Program-made: the position numbers and the translations under genes | Shown: positions 27,009 through 37,435 of the stretch, in pieces | Numbering within the stretch: position 1 is the stretch's first letter | How the letters are laid out: each line of letters starts with the position of its first letter | The notes under the pieces: model-generated | Databases searched by the model: none | What the model saw: the letters and a program-made list of their open reading frames with translations, nothing else | What the model was told of the DNA's origin: nothing | From: Candidatus Giovannonibacteria bacterium RIFCSPLOWO2_02_FULL_45_28 | GTDB taxonomy: Bacteria > Patescibacteriota > Minisyncoccia > UBA11713 > 2-01-FULL-45-33 | DNA: 51,926 nucleotides | Assembly: GCA_001780725.1 (NCBI GenBank) | Contig: MFIM01000006.1 | Location: 1-51,926 of the forward strand | Reading direction: 5' to 3'

Positions 27009-27994
27009 AACAATACGACCTTATTGCAATAGGGGATTCAACTACGGATGCGTTTATACGGCTGAAAGACGCATCCGTACATTGCAATATTGATCATGAA
27101 AAGTGTGAGATTTGCCTGCGCTTTAAGGATAAAATTCCTTACGAGGAGGTTTATGTCGTCCCGGCGGTCGGCAATGCAGCCAATGCTTCGGTGGCCGCCG
27201 CTCGACTGGGACTTCAAAGCGCGCTTATTTCAAACATCGGAGACGATTATTTCGGTGAAGAAGCCTTGAGCGCTCTCAAGAAAGAAAATGTCGGCACGGA
27301 ATTTATTACTGTAAACAGCGGCAAAAAAACAAATTACCACTACGTGCTTTGGTACGAAGATGACCGCACTATTTTAATCAAACACAATGAGTATGACTAC
27401 AGGCTTCCATATTTTAACGACCCAAAATGGGTTTATTTTTCTTCAATTGGTGAAAATTCTGTGCCATTCCACGAGGTGTTTGAAAAATATATGAACGAGC
27501 ACCAAAATGTAAGATTGGCTTTCCAGCCGGGGACTTATCAGATGAGATTTGGCCGAAAAAAACTTTCTGGTATTTACAGGCGCACGGATGTTTTTATTTC
27601 CAACAAAGAAGAAGCGCAAAGAATTTTGGAAGTTGGCGAACCGGACGTTAAAAAATTAATGAAAGGCATAATGGAGCTCGGCCCGAAAATTGTTGTGGTT
27701 ACTGACGGTACGGAAGGCGCTTATGTTTACGATGGGAAATCTGCTTGGTTTATGCCTCCTTATCCCGATCCAAAGCCGCCTTATGAAAGAACCGGCGCCG
27801 GGGATGCGTTTTCCTCCACTTTTGTGGTGGCGATGTGCCTTGGGTTTTCCGTGCAGGACGCTCTCCGTTGGGCGCCAATTAATTCAATGTCTGTGGTGCA
27901 ATATGTTGGCGCAAGAGAAGGGCTTTTGACTCGCTACGCGCTTGAAAAATATTTATCGGAAGCCCCGGCAAATTATATCCCAAAACTGATATGA
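27005..27994 (+). CDS. PfkB-family carbohydrate kinase
   Basis: GNAANASVAAARLG; RTGAGDAF. Confidence 0.9.
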   Translation: MKQYDLIAIGDSTTDAFIRLKDASVHCNIDHEKCEICLRFKDKIPYEEVYVVPAVGNAANASVAAARLGLQSALISNIGDDYFGEEALSALKKENVGTEFITVNSGKKTNYHYVLWYEDDRTILIKHNEYDYRLPYFNDPKWVYFSSIGENSVPFHEVFEKYMNEHQNVRLAFQPGTYQMRFGRKKLSGIYRRTDVFISNKEEAQRILEVGEPDVKKLMKGIMELGPKIVVVTDGTEGAYVYDGKSAWFMPPYPDPKPPYERTGAGDAFSSTFVVAMCLGFSVQDALRWAPINSMSVVQYVGAREGLLTRYALEKYLSEAPANYIPKLI

Positions 27995-28875
27995 TTTTAA
28001 GTGATTATTTAAATAATGCTCTGAAAGAAAAATGGGCTTTGCCGCATTTTAATATTTCAGATGCGGTAACTCTTGCAGGGATTTGCGAGGCGGCAAAAGA
28101 GTTAAAGTCGCCTTTAATGATTGGCACATCCGAAGGGGAGAGAAAATTTATCGGGTTGCGTCGAGCGGTTGCCATGATTAATGTTTACCGCGAAGAATAT
28201 AAACTCCCAATTTTTCTAAACGCCGATCATCATCGTAGCGTAAGCGCGGCGGAGGAAGCTGTAAATGCCGGATATGATTCTGTGCATATAGATTTGTCCG
28301 CGGCGAAATTGGAAGAAAATATAAAAAGCACAAAAGAAGTTGTGGAGTACGCTAGATCCAAATTTCCAATTTCCAATTTCCAATTTCCAATTAGTGTGGA
28401 AGGCGAGGTTGGGTATTTGGTCACGGAGTCGTCTAAAATTTATAAAGAAACGATTCAAATTCCTCCGGAGAGTTTAACCAAGCCGGAGGAAGCGGCGAGA
28501 TTTGTACAAGAAACCGGCGTAGACAGATTTGCTCCGGCGGTGGGAAATCTGCACGGCATTTCGGCGAACGTAAAACAGTTGGATTTTGAGCGCATCAAGG
28601 CAATCCGAAAAGCTATAGGTGGCGAAGTGGCGCTGGTACTTCACGGCGGATCTGCTATTCCGGATGATCAAATTAAAGAAGCTATAAAGTGCGGAATAAA
28701 TAATATACATATAAATACGGAACTGCGCGTTGCGTATACCGAGGCGCTCCGCAAGTTTTTAGCCGAACATCCAGACGAAACTACACCTTATAAATTCTTC
28801 GCGCCCGTCATAGAAGCCGTAAAACAAAAAGCCGCCGAGAAAATTACTCTCTTTGGTAGTAAGAGTAAGATATAA
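27991..28875 (+). CDS. fba: Class II fructose-bisphosphate aldolase
   Basis: NADHH, VEGEVG, GNLHG, LVLHGGS, HINTE. Confidence 0.9.
   Translation: MILSDYLNNALKEKWALPHFNISDAVTLAGICEAAKELKSPLMIGTSEGERKFIGLRRAVAMINVYREEYKLPIFLNADHHRSVSAAEEAVNAGYDSVHIDLSAAKLEENIKSTKEVVEYARSKFPISNFQFPISVEGEVGYLVTESSKIYKETIQIPPESLTKPEEAARFVQETGVDRFAPAVGNLHGISANVKQLDFERIKAIRKAIGGEVALVLHGGSAIPDDQIKEAIKCGINNIHINTELRVAYTEALRKFLAEHPDETTPYKFFAPVIEAVKQKAAEKITLFGSKSKI
28361..28392. repeat. Heptamer tandem repeat (AATTTCC) x4.5 inside fba
   Basis: Direct reading; encodes KFPISNFQFPIS. Confidence 0.9.
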
Positions 28876-28889
28876 TATACAATAAACCT

Positions 28890-29870
28890 ATGCCCAAAAT
28901 TTTTGTGACCAGAAAAATTCCGGAGGCGGGGATTAGGAAGTTAAAAGAAGCTGGCTATGAGGTGGAAGTTAATCCGGAAGACAGAGTTTTGAAGAAAGAG
29001 GAGTTAAATAAACAGATTAAGCAAGTTAAGCCGGACGCGGTTTTGGCGCTTTTGACCGATAAACTGGACGCCGATGTTTTTGAAGTTGCGTCTGCGCAAA
29101 AGCCATCCGTTAAAATTTTCGCCAATATGGCGGTCGGGTTTGATAATGTGGATTTGGAAGCCGCAAAAAAAGCCGGAATAATGGTCACAAACACTCCGGG
29201 CGTGCTTACGGATACTGTGGCCGAACATACTTTTGCTTTGATGCTCGCGATCGCGCATAGGATTTCTGAAGCCGACCGTTTCGCGCGCGCCGGGCAGTTC
29301 AAGGGCTGGGAGCCGATGATGCTTTTGGGGACGGACCTTTCTTACAAAACCGTTGGGATTTTGGGTTTGGGGAGAATCGGTTCCAGAGTTGCGTATCACG
29401 CCGTGAAAGGATTTAACGCGAAAGTGATTTATTATGATGTAAAGAGAAACGAAGAGTTTGAAAGGGAATTCGGGGCCAGATTTTGCATGGCTCCGGAAGA
29501 GGTTCTGCGCGAGGCGGATTTCGTTTCTATTCATGTTCCGCTTTTGCCGACCACGCATCATCTAATAAACGCCGAGCGTCTGCTAATGATGAAGCCTACG
29601 GCTTATCTTGTAAATACTTCGCGCGGACCGGTAATTGATGAAGAAGCGCTGGCAGATGCGTTGAAGGCGGGAGTCATCAAGGGAGCGGCGATTGACGTTT
29701 TTGAAAATGAACCCGCTATTCATCCCGAGCTTTTGAAATTGGATAATATAATTTTAACTCCGCACATCGCCTCGGCTACCGAAGAAACCCGCGCCAAAAT
29801 GGCCGAACTTGCCGCCGAAAACATTATCGCCGCCCTTTCCGGCAAAGAACCCCCGAATCTTGTAAAGTAG
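28890..29870 (+). CDS. D-2-hydroxyacid dehydrogenase (glyoxylate/D-glycerate reductase type)
   Basis: AVGFDN, GLGRIG, VNTSRG, DVFENEP, PHIAS. Confidence 0.9.
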   Translation: MPKIFVTRKIPEAGIRKLKEAGYEVEVNPEDRVLKKEELNKQIKQVKPDAVLALLTDKLDADVFEVASAQKPSVKIFANMAVGFDNVDLEAAKKAGIMVTNTPGVLTDTVAEHTFALMLAIAHRISEADRFARAGQFKGWEPMMLLGTDLSYKTVGILGLGRIGSRVAYHAVKGFNAKVIYYDVKRNEEFEREFGARFCMAPEEVLREADFVSIHVPLLPTTHHLINAERLLMMKPTAYLVNTSRGPVIDEEALADALKAGVIKGAAIDVFENEPAIHPELLKLDNIILTPHIASATEETRAKMAELAAENIIAALSGKEPPNLVK

Positions 29871-29894
29871 CCCGTTTTGGGCTATTATGGCTTT

Positions 29895-30560
29895 ATGCAA
29901 TCAATTGTTGCTGAAAAACGCGATATTTTGGGTAAAAAAGTGAGAAACCTGCGCAAGCAGGGCTTTTTGCCTGCAGCAGTATACGGGGGAGGGAAAAACG
30001 CCGAAGCTATTTCTGTCAAAGAAGCTGATTTCATGAAGCTGTGGAAATCCGCAGGCGAATCAACCGTGGTGGAGCTAGATGTCGGCAACGACCGCAAAAA
30101 TGTATTAATTCACGATGTTGATATTGATCCGATAAAAGATAAGCCGATTCATGTTGATTTTTATGCGGTGGATATGACCAAAAAAATTCATGTGGATGTC
30201 GCTTTGGAATTTATCGGGGAATCGGAAGCGGTCAAGAGCGGCGGAGTTTTGGTGAAAGTTTTTCATTCGCTCAAAGTTGAGGCGCTCCCTAAGGATTTGC
30301 CACATACAATCAGCGTTGATATTTCAGCGCTTAAATCTTTAGAAGATTCCATTAAAGTAAAAGATCTTGCGTTGCCAGCCAAAGTTAAAGCCTTGGACGG
30401 CCCGGATGAAACTGTCGTTTTGGTTGAAACTCCTAGAGTCGAGGAAGAAGTAAAAGCCGAGGAAACTCCATCGCTGGAATCTATTGAAGTGGTGAGCAAA
30501 AAACCAAAAGCAGGAGAAGAAGAGGAGGCGGCCGAAGAAACGCCCAAGAAAGAGAAATAA
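29895..30560 (+). CDS. rplY: 50S ribosomal protein L25/Ctc
   Basis: LRKQGFLPAAVYG, HVDFYAV, acidic tail. Confidence 0.92.
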   Translation: MQSIVAEKRDILGKKVRNLRKQGFLPAAVYGGGKNAEAISVKEADFMKLWKSAGESTVVELDVGNDRKNVLIHDVDIDPIKDKPIHVDFYAVDMTKKIHVDVALEFIGESEAVKSGGVLVKVFHSLKVEALPKDLPHTISVDISALKSLEDSIKVKDLALPAKVKALDGPDETVVLVETPRVEEEVKAEETPSLESIEVVSKKPKAGEEEEAAEETPKKEK

Positions 30561-30568
30561 TACACACA

Positions 30569-31876
30569 ATGACATTATCTTTTTTTGCGAAGATTTTAAT
30601 TGCAACTTTCGCTTTCCCGCTCGCTTTTGCGCAGGTGGACCCATCGCTTGTCCTCTCCCGCCGCGCCGAATTGGAAGCGGAACTGAAACAATACGAAGCT
30701 CAAATTGATCAGTACCAAGATCTTATTTTGGCAAAACAAAAAGAAGCCGATTCTTTAAAGCGCGAAACCGACATATTGAACGCGGAGATTGCAAAGTCAA
30801 AGCTGGAGATTAAAGCAAGAACTTTAAATATCCAAAAACTTAATTCCGAAATTGACCAAAAATCAAAAAACATAGATGTTCTTGTTTCAGATATCGTGGA
30901 TACCAAAAAGACGCTTGCGGAATTTTTGCGCAAAGTCCGGCAAAACGACGATTTTTCTATTTTGGAACTCGCGCTTATTTACGGCAACATTTCACAATTT
31001 TTTAATGAGCTTCAGTCAATTGACAACCTGCAGGTTTCTTTGCAGGAAGCCGCGGCGAAATTCAGCAATTTGAAAATTGCGGAGGAAAAGGCTAAAGATG
31101 AATTAGAGAGCGCAAAACAGGAAGAAATGGAGCTTAAATCTTTGCAAGAACTGCAGAAAAAGTTTTTAGAAGGGCGTGAGCGCGAAAAACAAAAATTATT
31201 GAAAGAAACCAAAGGCAAAGAATCGGAGTATCAAAAAACCTTAAAGGAAAAACAAAAAAACGCAGCCAGCATTAGAAGTCAGCTTTTTTTGCTGGTTGGT
31301 TCTCCGTCAATCCCGTTTGAAAAAGCTTTGGAATACGCTAATTTGGCGGAGCAAGCTACCGGTGTGCGTCCCGCATTCCTTTTGGGGCTGATTACGGAAG
31401 AATCAAATTTGGGGCAAAATATCGGCAAGGGGAACTGGAAAGTTGATCTTTCTCACGCCAGATGCGCCTCGCAACGGACGGCGTTCCTCTCAATTACTTC
31501 CGAACTCGGCTTGGATCCGGATCTTATGCCGGTGTCTAAAAGGGCATGGTATGGCTATTGCGGAGGAGCAATGGGTCCGGCTCAATTTATGCCGACCACA
31601 TGGCTTCTTTATAAAGCGGCGATTGCGCGCGCCACCGGGCACAATCCGCCTTCGCCGTGGGATCCAAAAGACGCGTTTATGGGAGCGGCTTTGCTTTTAA
31701 AGGACAACGGCGCGCGCGCGGGGGATTATAAATCGGAGTGGACCTCTGCAATGAAATATCTCGCCGGAGCCAACTGGAAAAAAGCCGCTTACCGTTTTTA
31801 CGGCGACGATGTTATGGCGATTGCTGTAAAATACCAGGAGCAGATTGATCTTTTGAAGGGTTTGGCGCAACGTTAA
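30569..31876 (+). CDS. Coiled-coil protein with lytic transglycosylase (SLT-like) domain
   Basis: Long coiled coil; [26 protein letters not shown]. Confidence 0.85.
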   Translation: MTLSFFAKILIATFAFPLAFAQVDPSLVLSRRAELEAELKQYEAQIDQYQDLILAKQKEADSLKRETDILNAEIAKSKLEIKARTLNIQKLNSEIDQKSKNIDVLVSDIVDTKKTLAEFLRKVRQNDDFSILELALIYGNISQFFNELQSIDNLQVSLQEAAAKFSNLKIAEEKAKDELESAKQEEMELKSLQELQKKFLEGREREKQKLLKETKGKESEYQKTLKEKQKNAASIRSQLFLLVGSPSIPFEKALEYANLAEQATGVRPAFLLGLITEESNLGQNIGKGNWKVDLSHARCASQRTAFLSITSELGLDPDLMPVSKRAWYGYCGGAMGPAQFMPTTWLLYKAAIARATGHNPPSPWDPKDAFMGAALLLKDNGARAGDYKSEWTSAMKYLAGANWKKAAYRFYGDDVMAIAVKYQEQIDLLKGLAQR

Positions 31877-32817
31877 ATGTTTCTAAACTTGTCAACAATT
31901 TGGTCAATGTTGCCGGACATTATGTTTTTGATGTTGTGCCAGGATTTATTTATGCGGTGGTCGGTGACGCGGTCCTGCAGGAAATTGTACGTGCGGATTT
32001 TCTCGCTTCTGTCGGCCGTGCCGATTTGCTCTTTCCTTTCTTTTCGTTCCGCTTCCTCCTCTTTTCTTATTTTTTCGTCCAAAAGCTTGGAGCGGAGTAT
32101 TTCCAAGGCGCGGTCACGGTTTGCTTTTTGAGACCTTTCTGTGCGCGAAGACACTATAATGCCACTTGGCTTATGGAGGAGCCGCACTGCCGTTTCTACT
32201 TTATTTACGTTTTGCCCGCCGGGGCCCCCTGCGCGGGAAAAGGTGACTTCCATGTCGGCGTCTTTGACTTCTATTTCTTTTTCTTCCGCAACAGGGAGGA
32301 TTGCAACCGAAGCGGTGGAGGTGTGAATTCTGCCCGATTTTTCGGTTGCTGGGACGCGCTGGATTCTATGCACGCCTGATTCTCGGCGCAACAAATCATA
32401 AATGTCCTTGCCTCTAATTTCAGCAACCGCCTCTTTGTATCCGCCCAAATCGTTTTTGGATTCGTCTAAAATTTTAAATTCCCAGTTCTGTTTTTGGGCA
32501 TAGGCCTTATACATATTAAATAAATCCGCCGCAAAAAGAGCCGCTTCGTCGCCTCCGACGCCGGCGCGGATTTCTAAAATTGCTTTGTTGCGGCTTGTTC
32601 CGTTAAGGCCCAGTAATTCTTTCAGTTTTTCTTCAATGTCTTTTTTTCTGGTTTCGCTGGATTTTTGATATTCATCAGCTAAAGTTTTTGTTTTAGATAG
32701 TTCTCCGAATCGGGCCATTTTTTCCCGCGGCCACTTAAAGCTTTCAGCCACGTCCATTTCCAATGAGTCATACTCTCGAACAGCTTCATCGAGTTTTTTT
32801 TGTAGCTCGTGGTTCAT
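31873..32817 (-). CDS. prfA: Peptide chain release factor 1 (short N-domain)
   Basis: [18 protein letters not shown] (PxT), [15 protein letters not shown]. Confidence 0.9.
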   Translation of the reverse strand: MNHELQKKLDEAVREYDSLEMDVAESFKWPREKMARFGELSKTKTLADEYQKSSETRKKDIEEKLKELLGLNGTSRNKAILEIRAGVGGDEAALFAADLFNMYKAYAQKQNWEFKILDESKNDLGGYKEAVAEIRGKDIYDLLRRESGVHRIQRVPATEKSGRIHTSTASVAILPVAEEKEIEVKDADMEVTFSRAGGPGGQNVNKVETAVRLLHKPSGIIVSSRTERSQKANRDRALEILRSKLLDEKIRKEEEAERKERKEQIGTADRSEKIRTYNFLQDRVTDHRINKSWHNIKNIMSGNIDQIVDKFRNI

Positions 32818-32819
32818 GG

Positions 32820-33077
32820 TTACTTTTTAGATTTTTTCGGTGCGCTTTTTGCAGTCCGCCTAGACTCGGCGAAGCTGGCGGCGAGGCTGGCCCGCGATCT
32901 GAATTTTTCCACCCGACCGGCAGCATCCACCATTTTTTCCTTGCCTGTGTAAAAAGGGTGGCAGTTTGAGCAGATTTCAACGGACACCTTTTCTTTAGTG
33001 GAGCCAACGCCCAACTCCGCGCCGCAGGCGCATTCTATTTTGGCTTTATGATATTTTGGATGAATATCTGATTTCAT
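32820..33077 (-). CDS. rpmE: 50S ribosomal protein L31
   Basis: [29 protein letters not shown]. Confidence 0.95.
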   Translation of the reverse strand: MKSDIHPKYHKAKIECACGAELGVGSTKEKVSVEICSNCHPFYTGKEKMVDAAGRVEKFRSRASLAASFAESRRTAKSAPKKSKK

Positions 33078-33138
33078 AGAAGCTATTTTAGCACAACTGC
33101 TTTGCTTTTACAATGCTTTATGATATACTCCATTTCAT

Positions 33139-33849
33139 ATGAATATTGAGGAACTTTTTGAAGCTGGCGCGCACATTGGTTACTCCAAAGCACGCCGCAA
33201 TCCAAAGATGCAAGAATACATTTTCAGCACGAGAAATAATGTTGAGATTTTTGACCTCGGCAAAACATTGGCTAAAATAAAAGAGGCAGAAGATTTTCTG
33301 ACTGCGCTCGGCCAAGAGAAAAAAAACATCCTTTGGGTTGGCACAAAACCTCCTGCCGGCGCGCATGTTGCGGAGGTTGGCGCAAAAACCAATACGCCCT
33401 ATGTGGCAGAGAGATGGCTTGGCGGAACCCTGACGAATTTTAAAATTTTGGAGGGGAGGCTGTCTTATTGGGCCAGTCTTGAGAGCGAAGAAAAATCCGG
33501 CGGGTTTGATAAATATCCTAAAAAAGAGAGGTTGATAAAAATGACGGAGCTGAAAAAGCTCGCCAGAATGTTCACCGGTCTACGGAATTTAAAGGCTATG
33601 CCTGGGGCGCTTGTTATTGTGGATTCGGGCGAAGAACGAACTGCTCTCGCCGAGGCTAAAAAGAAAGGCATTCCTGTCGTTGCTTTGCTGAATGTGGACT
33701 GTAATCCCGCTGGCATAGCGCACCCGATTCCGATGAACGATAATTCTTCCGCCGCGATTGCTCTTGTGTTAAAACAACTCGCAGCTGCTTACGATGGCGG
33801 AGCCAAAACCGTGGCGCAAGATAAAATTCAAAACAATGGCAATAACTAG
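33139..33849 (+). CDS. rpsB: 30S ribosomal protein S2
   Basis: LFEAGAHIG, WVGTK, RWLGGTLTNF, PMND. Confidence 0.95.
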   Translation: MNIEELFEAGAHIGYSKARRNPKMQEYIFSTRNNVEIFDLGKTLAKIKEAEDFLTALGQEKKNILWVGTKPPAGAHVAEVGAKTNTPYVAERWLGGTLTNFKILEGRLSYWASLESEEKSGGFDKYPKKERLIKMTELKKLARMFTGLRNLKAMPGALVIVDSGEERTALAEAKKKGIPVVALLNVDCNPAGIAHPIPMNDNSSAAIALVLKQLAAAYDGGAKTVAQDKIQNNGNN

Positions 33850-34423
33850 CGATTTAGTAAAACACTTGCGGCAACTCACCGGCGCTTCCATCGCGCTTTG
33901 TAAAAAAGCGCTGGAGGAAACCGCTGGCGATATGGATCGCGCTATGGCTTTGCTTAAAAAATCCTCCGAGGCTTTGGCATCAAAAAAAGAAGGGCGCAGC
34001 ACCGGATCGGGATTAATTGAGTCTTACATACACGGCGTTGGGAAAGTCGGCGTGCTTTTGGAGCTCCGGTGCGAAACCGATTTTGTGGCGCGCAACGCCG
34101 AGTTTAAGACCCTTGCCCATGACATAGCGCTTCACATAGCAGGGGTGAAGCCGGGTTATATAGATCAAAACCATGTACCGGAAGAAGCCAAAGAGGAGGC
34201 GAAGAGGCTTTTTTTGGAAGAGGCGGGGAGTCTTGGCAAATCAAAAGAAATGACCGAGCGTATTGTTGCAGGGAAAATGGAGGCTCACTTTAGAGAAGTT
34301 TCTTTATTAAGCCAGCAATATGTAAAAGATCCGTCTATCAGCGTGGAAGAGCTGATCAAGCGGCACATCGCGCATTTCGGGGAAAAAATAGAAGTAACGA
34401 GATTTGTCAGATACGAAGTGTAA
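33836..34423 (+). CDS. tsf: Elongation factor Ts (short form)
   Basis: VKHLRQLTGA..ALCKKAL, ELRCETDFVA, FVRYEV; ATG 33836. Confidence 0.95.
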   Translation: MAITSDLVKHLRQLTGASIALCKKALEETAGDMDRAMALLKKSSEALASKKEGRSTGSGLIESYIHGVGKVGVLLELRCETDFVARNAEFKTLAHDIALHIAGVKPGYIDQNHVPEEAKEEAKRLFLEEAGSLGKSKEMTERIVAGKMEAHFREVSLLSQQYVKDPSISVEELIKRHIAHFGEKIEVTRFVRYEV

Positions 34424-34433
34424 ATATAGTATT

Positions 34434-34763
34434 ATGTTGTTTTATTTAATTATTTTTGTTTTAAGCGCTGGCGGCATTGTTACAATAATTCTCCGTAATC
34501 GCGAAGAATTTGCTGCGTTTAATTTCGCGAATTTTATGGAAGGGCTTGTCGCCGACGCCAAGGCGGCGTGGCATTCGCACTTGCGCGAAAGATCGTTTAC
34601 TTTTTTGGAAAAGCGCCTTCATAATGTGAGAATTTTGGCGCTTAAAGCGGAGACAAGGCTCTTTAGGGCCGCCAAAACCATTCGTGGAATAAAAGAAAGA
34701 AACGGGAACGGTGGCGGCGCGAATGGGAATGATCACGGAAACGGCGCTGATCTAAATCATTAA
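34434..34763 (+). CDS. Hypothetical membrane-anchored protein
   Basis: N-terminal TM followed by a helical region. Confidence 0.65.
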   Translation: MLFYLIIFVLSAGGIVTIILRNREEFAAFNFANFMEGLVADAKAAWHSHLRERSFTFLEKRLHNVRILALKAETRLFRAAKTIRGIKERNGNGGGANGNDHGNGADLNH

Positions 34764-34834
34764 GCCGGCGGTCAGATTTGAACTGACGACCTACGGTTTA
34801 CAAAACCGTTGCTCTACCGCTGAGCTACGCCGGC
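34763..34834 (-). tRNA. tRNA-Thr(TGT)
   Basis: Reverse complement GCCGGCGTAGCTCAGCGGTAGAGC...acggt-TTTGTAA-accgt...GTTCAAATC...GCCGGC. Confidence 0.95.
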
Positions 34835-34895
34835 AATTTTTTAATTTTACACCTTTTTTTTAAATAATCAACTCCAACTTAAAGAGCTTAAATTG

Positions 34896-34935
34896 AATTT
34901 GCAATATGACAGCTATAGCGCTGAAAATGCAAATT
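34896..34935. repeat. 40-bp palindrome, copy 3
   Basis: aatttgca-atatgaca-gctatagc-gctgaaaa-tgcaaatt. Confidence 0.85.
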
Positions 34936-34981
34936 GACGGATAGTTGCAAAAAATTAAAAAGTTGTGTATAATAAAGCTTA

Positions 34982-35377
34982 ATGAAAAAGCTTGCTTTTG
35001 TTGTTTCTGTTTTGCTTTTAACGGCTGTTTTTACAGCTCCTCTTTCCGCCTCGGCAGCCGAAAGCCCGAAAATTAAACCGGGCAGTTTTTTATACGGCTT
35101 TGTCACAACTTTTGAGAAAGTAAACCTATTTTTTACTTTCAACATTTGGATAATACTTGGCATTGTTTCAATAATTTTATTAGCCGTATATTTTAGGCGT
35201 GGACGGAATGCTCTTTGGGGTGGCCTCACTGCTGGAGTAATCATTGGTTTTATAATTGCCTTATTTTCTGGATTTAATTGGTATATTGTAGGAAAGGGAG
35301 CTATATCAGGAACGATGGTTGGATTTGTTACAGAGTTGTTGGGAACACTCTCAGATTATTTGAAAAAAAGGACTTGA
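34982..35377 (+). CDS. Membrane protein, probably chimeric
   Basis: Signal peptide and DUF5667-like start (IKPGSFLYGFVTTFEKVNLFFTF), then an unrelated 3-TM segment. Confidence 0.55.
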   Translation: MKKLAFVVSVLLLTAVFTAPLSASAAESPKIKPGSFLYGFVTTFEKVNLFFTFNIWIILGIVSIILLAVYFRRGRNALWGGLTAGVIIGFIIALFSGFNWYIVGKGAISGTMVGFVTELLGTLSDYLKKRT

Positions 35378-35441
35378 TATTGTCAGATCAAACCCAATAA
35401 TTGTTTAACTTGGCCGAAGTAAAATTTCAAAATGGAAAAGA

Positions 35442-35939
35442 ATGAACAAACATAAGTCAGAAGAAGGGTGGGCGTTGATACTTTTGCGATATTTAAATAC
35501 AAATGGGTGTGATTATGAAATTGGAGAGAATTATACTCTGCCAGCCCACTGGGCAGACGTCGATGTTTTTGCAAAATCAGCCTCGGGCAAGTACCTACCC
35601 CTTTATATTCAACTGTGTTTGGATGTTGAGCCAAAAAATGAGGGGTACGAAGAAATTAGGAAAAAACCGAAAGTGTACACATTTAACAACTTTGGTGAAA
35701 CGCCGGAAGCGATAAAAGGTAAGGTTGAAAAGTACGAAAAACAAAAAAAGGATTATTCTCAAATAACCTTGGCAATACAAACAGATTTAATACAAGATGA
35801 TGAAATATATCATGTTCCGCGGTTGCGTGAGGAGTGCAAACAGTATAATTTTAAAGCGATTTATTTACTCTCTCCCCATGGAGAAATTTATGGCCCTCCG
35901 GCGGAAGAAGTTCCTGAACTAGTATTCCAAATACATTAA
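35442..35939 (+). CDS. Hypothetical protein, possibly PD-(D/E)xK-like
   Basis: 165-aa ORF; DVDV...YIQL pattern only suggestive. Confidence 0.55.
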   Translation: MNKHKSEEGWALILLRYLNTNGCDYEIGENYTLPAHWADVDVFAKSASGKYLPLYIQLCLDVEPKNEGYEEIRKKPKVYTFNNFGETPEAIKGKVEKYEKQKKDYSQITLAIQTDLIQDDEIYHVPRLREECKQYNFKAIYLLSPHGEIYGPPAEEVPELVFQIH

Positions 35940-36163
35940 TTAGTCATCAATGTCATAATTGTTTAGAGTAAAATTTAGTACGCAGCATTCCGCAATCATT
36001 TTTTCGGCGGGCGGGGATAAAAAATTAAGGAAATTCTTTCTGCTAACTTTCAGCGATCGCTTTAGAATGGCATAGTTGTGAAAATAGGAAAAAGACGGAA
36101 GGTAAAAATCCCCTCCTTTAGAAGGAGTGGCAAGGGGGGGTAATGGTATGTTATAATTTAAAA

Positions 36164-37423
36164 ATGGTCCACGAAATTGTAATTGTCGGCGGGGGGTTTG
36201 GGGGAGTGAGGACGGCAAAGATTTTGTCAAAATGGGCCGGAGGAAGCAATCACCATATTCACATTACTTTAATAGACAAAAGCCGCTACCATACTTTTTA
36301 CCCCAATCTTTACGAGGTGGCGACGGCTCACCTGCCGGAGGTTTTCGGGCATCTGCCGGTGAATTTTTTTGATTTGAAATCGTCCGCTATCTGTCCGCTG
36401 GAGGACATTTTTTTGGATGACCTTAATGTAACCGTTTTAGAGAGCGAAGTTCTTGGGGTTGATTTTAAAAAGCACAAAATTGAGCTTAAAAACGCCTCGG
36501 CTTTGCATTACGATATTTTGGTTTTGGGCGCAGGCAGTGAGACCAATTATTTCAATATCGCTGGTATGGAAACGCACGCGTTGCCGCTAAAGAACTTTTT
36601 TGACGCGCTTAAAATAAGAAACGCCGTGGACGAAGCTTTTTACAGAATCCCGAAAAACCAACTGGTCAAGGTTGTTATTGGCGGCGGAGGATTTACCGGT
36701 TGCGAGCTGGCTGGCGAACTTATCGGCTACATGAAAAAGCTTGCCAAAATTCACGGCCACCCGGAATATTACGCGGAATGTTTGATTGTTGAAGCGGCGG
36801 AGTCGCTTTTGGGGAGCGCAAGTCTGTGGATACAGAAGCGCGCCAAAGCGCGGCTTGAAAGTTTGGGCGTCAAATTTAAGTTTAAAAGCGGAATAAAAGA
36901 TGTTGAGGACGGCGAAGTTGTTTTGGCGGACGGATCAAGAATTCCTTATGACGTGCTTGTCTGGACAGCCGGCGTGAAGGCGAATGATCTGGCCAAAACG
37001 CTTTTCGGAGTGAAGCTTGAAAAAGGATCATGCCTTATGGTTGATAAACATCTTCGCATAATGCCTTACGAAAATGTTTTTGGAGTGGGGGATATGACTT
37101 ATTGCGTTGACGAGTCAACCGGAAAATCTCTGCCGATGACCGCCTCGGTTGCAATACGCGAAGCAAAATATGTTGCCAAGAATATCAAGAAAATGATTTT
37201 AAAAAAACCGCTTATAGATTATAAGCCGTACCACGCCGGATTCGTTGTGCCGTTGGGGGGCAAATACGCCATTATGGAAATCGGCGGCTTGCGGCTTTCA
37301 GGATTTTTGCCTTGGGCGTTGAAGCATTTGGTTTCTCTGCACTATTGGAACGAGCTAATCGGCTGGAGACGCGCACTCGGCATATGGAAACGGGGCCTCC
37401 GGATTTACACGGAGAACGATTAG
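36164..37423 (+). CDS. ndh: Type II NADH dehydrogenase-family FAD oxidoreductase
   Basis: GGGFGG, GGGGFTGCELAGE, VWTAGV, FGVGD. Confidence 0.85.
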   Translation: MVHEIVIVGGGFGGVRTAKILSKWAGGSNHHIHITLIDKSRYHTFYPNLYEVATAHLPEVFGHLPVNFFDLKSSAICPLEDIFLDDLNVTVLESEVLGVDFKKHKIELKNASALHYDILVLGAGSETNYFNIAGMETHALPLKNFFDALKIRNAVDEAFYRIPKNQLVKVVIGGGGFTGCELAGELIGYMKKLAKIHGHPEYYAECLIVEAAESLLGSASLWIQKRAKARLESLGVKFKFKSGIKDVEDGEVVLADGSRIPYDVLVWTAGVKANDLAKTLFGVKLEKGSCLMVDKHLRIMPYENVFGVGDMTYCVDESTGKSLPMTASVAIREAKYVAKNIKKMILKKPLIDYKPYHAGFVVPLGGKYAIMEIGGLRLSGFLPWALKHLVSLHYWNELIGWRRALGIWKRGLRIYTEND

Positions 37424-37435
37424 TATTAACGGTTT

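Noticed and set aside
31873-32817. Short release factor as a pseudogene or frameshifted prfB
   Set aside because: Continuous ORF with PxT (PAT) and GGQ; only the N-domain is shortened
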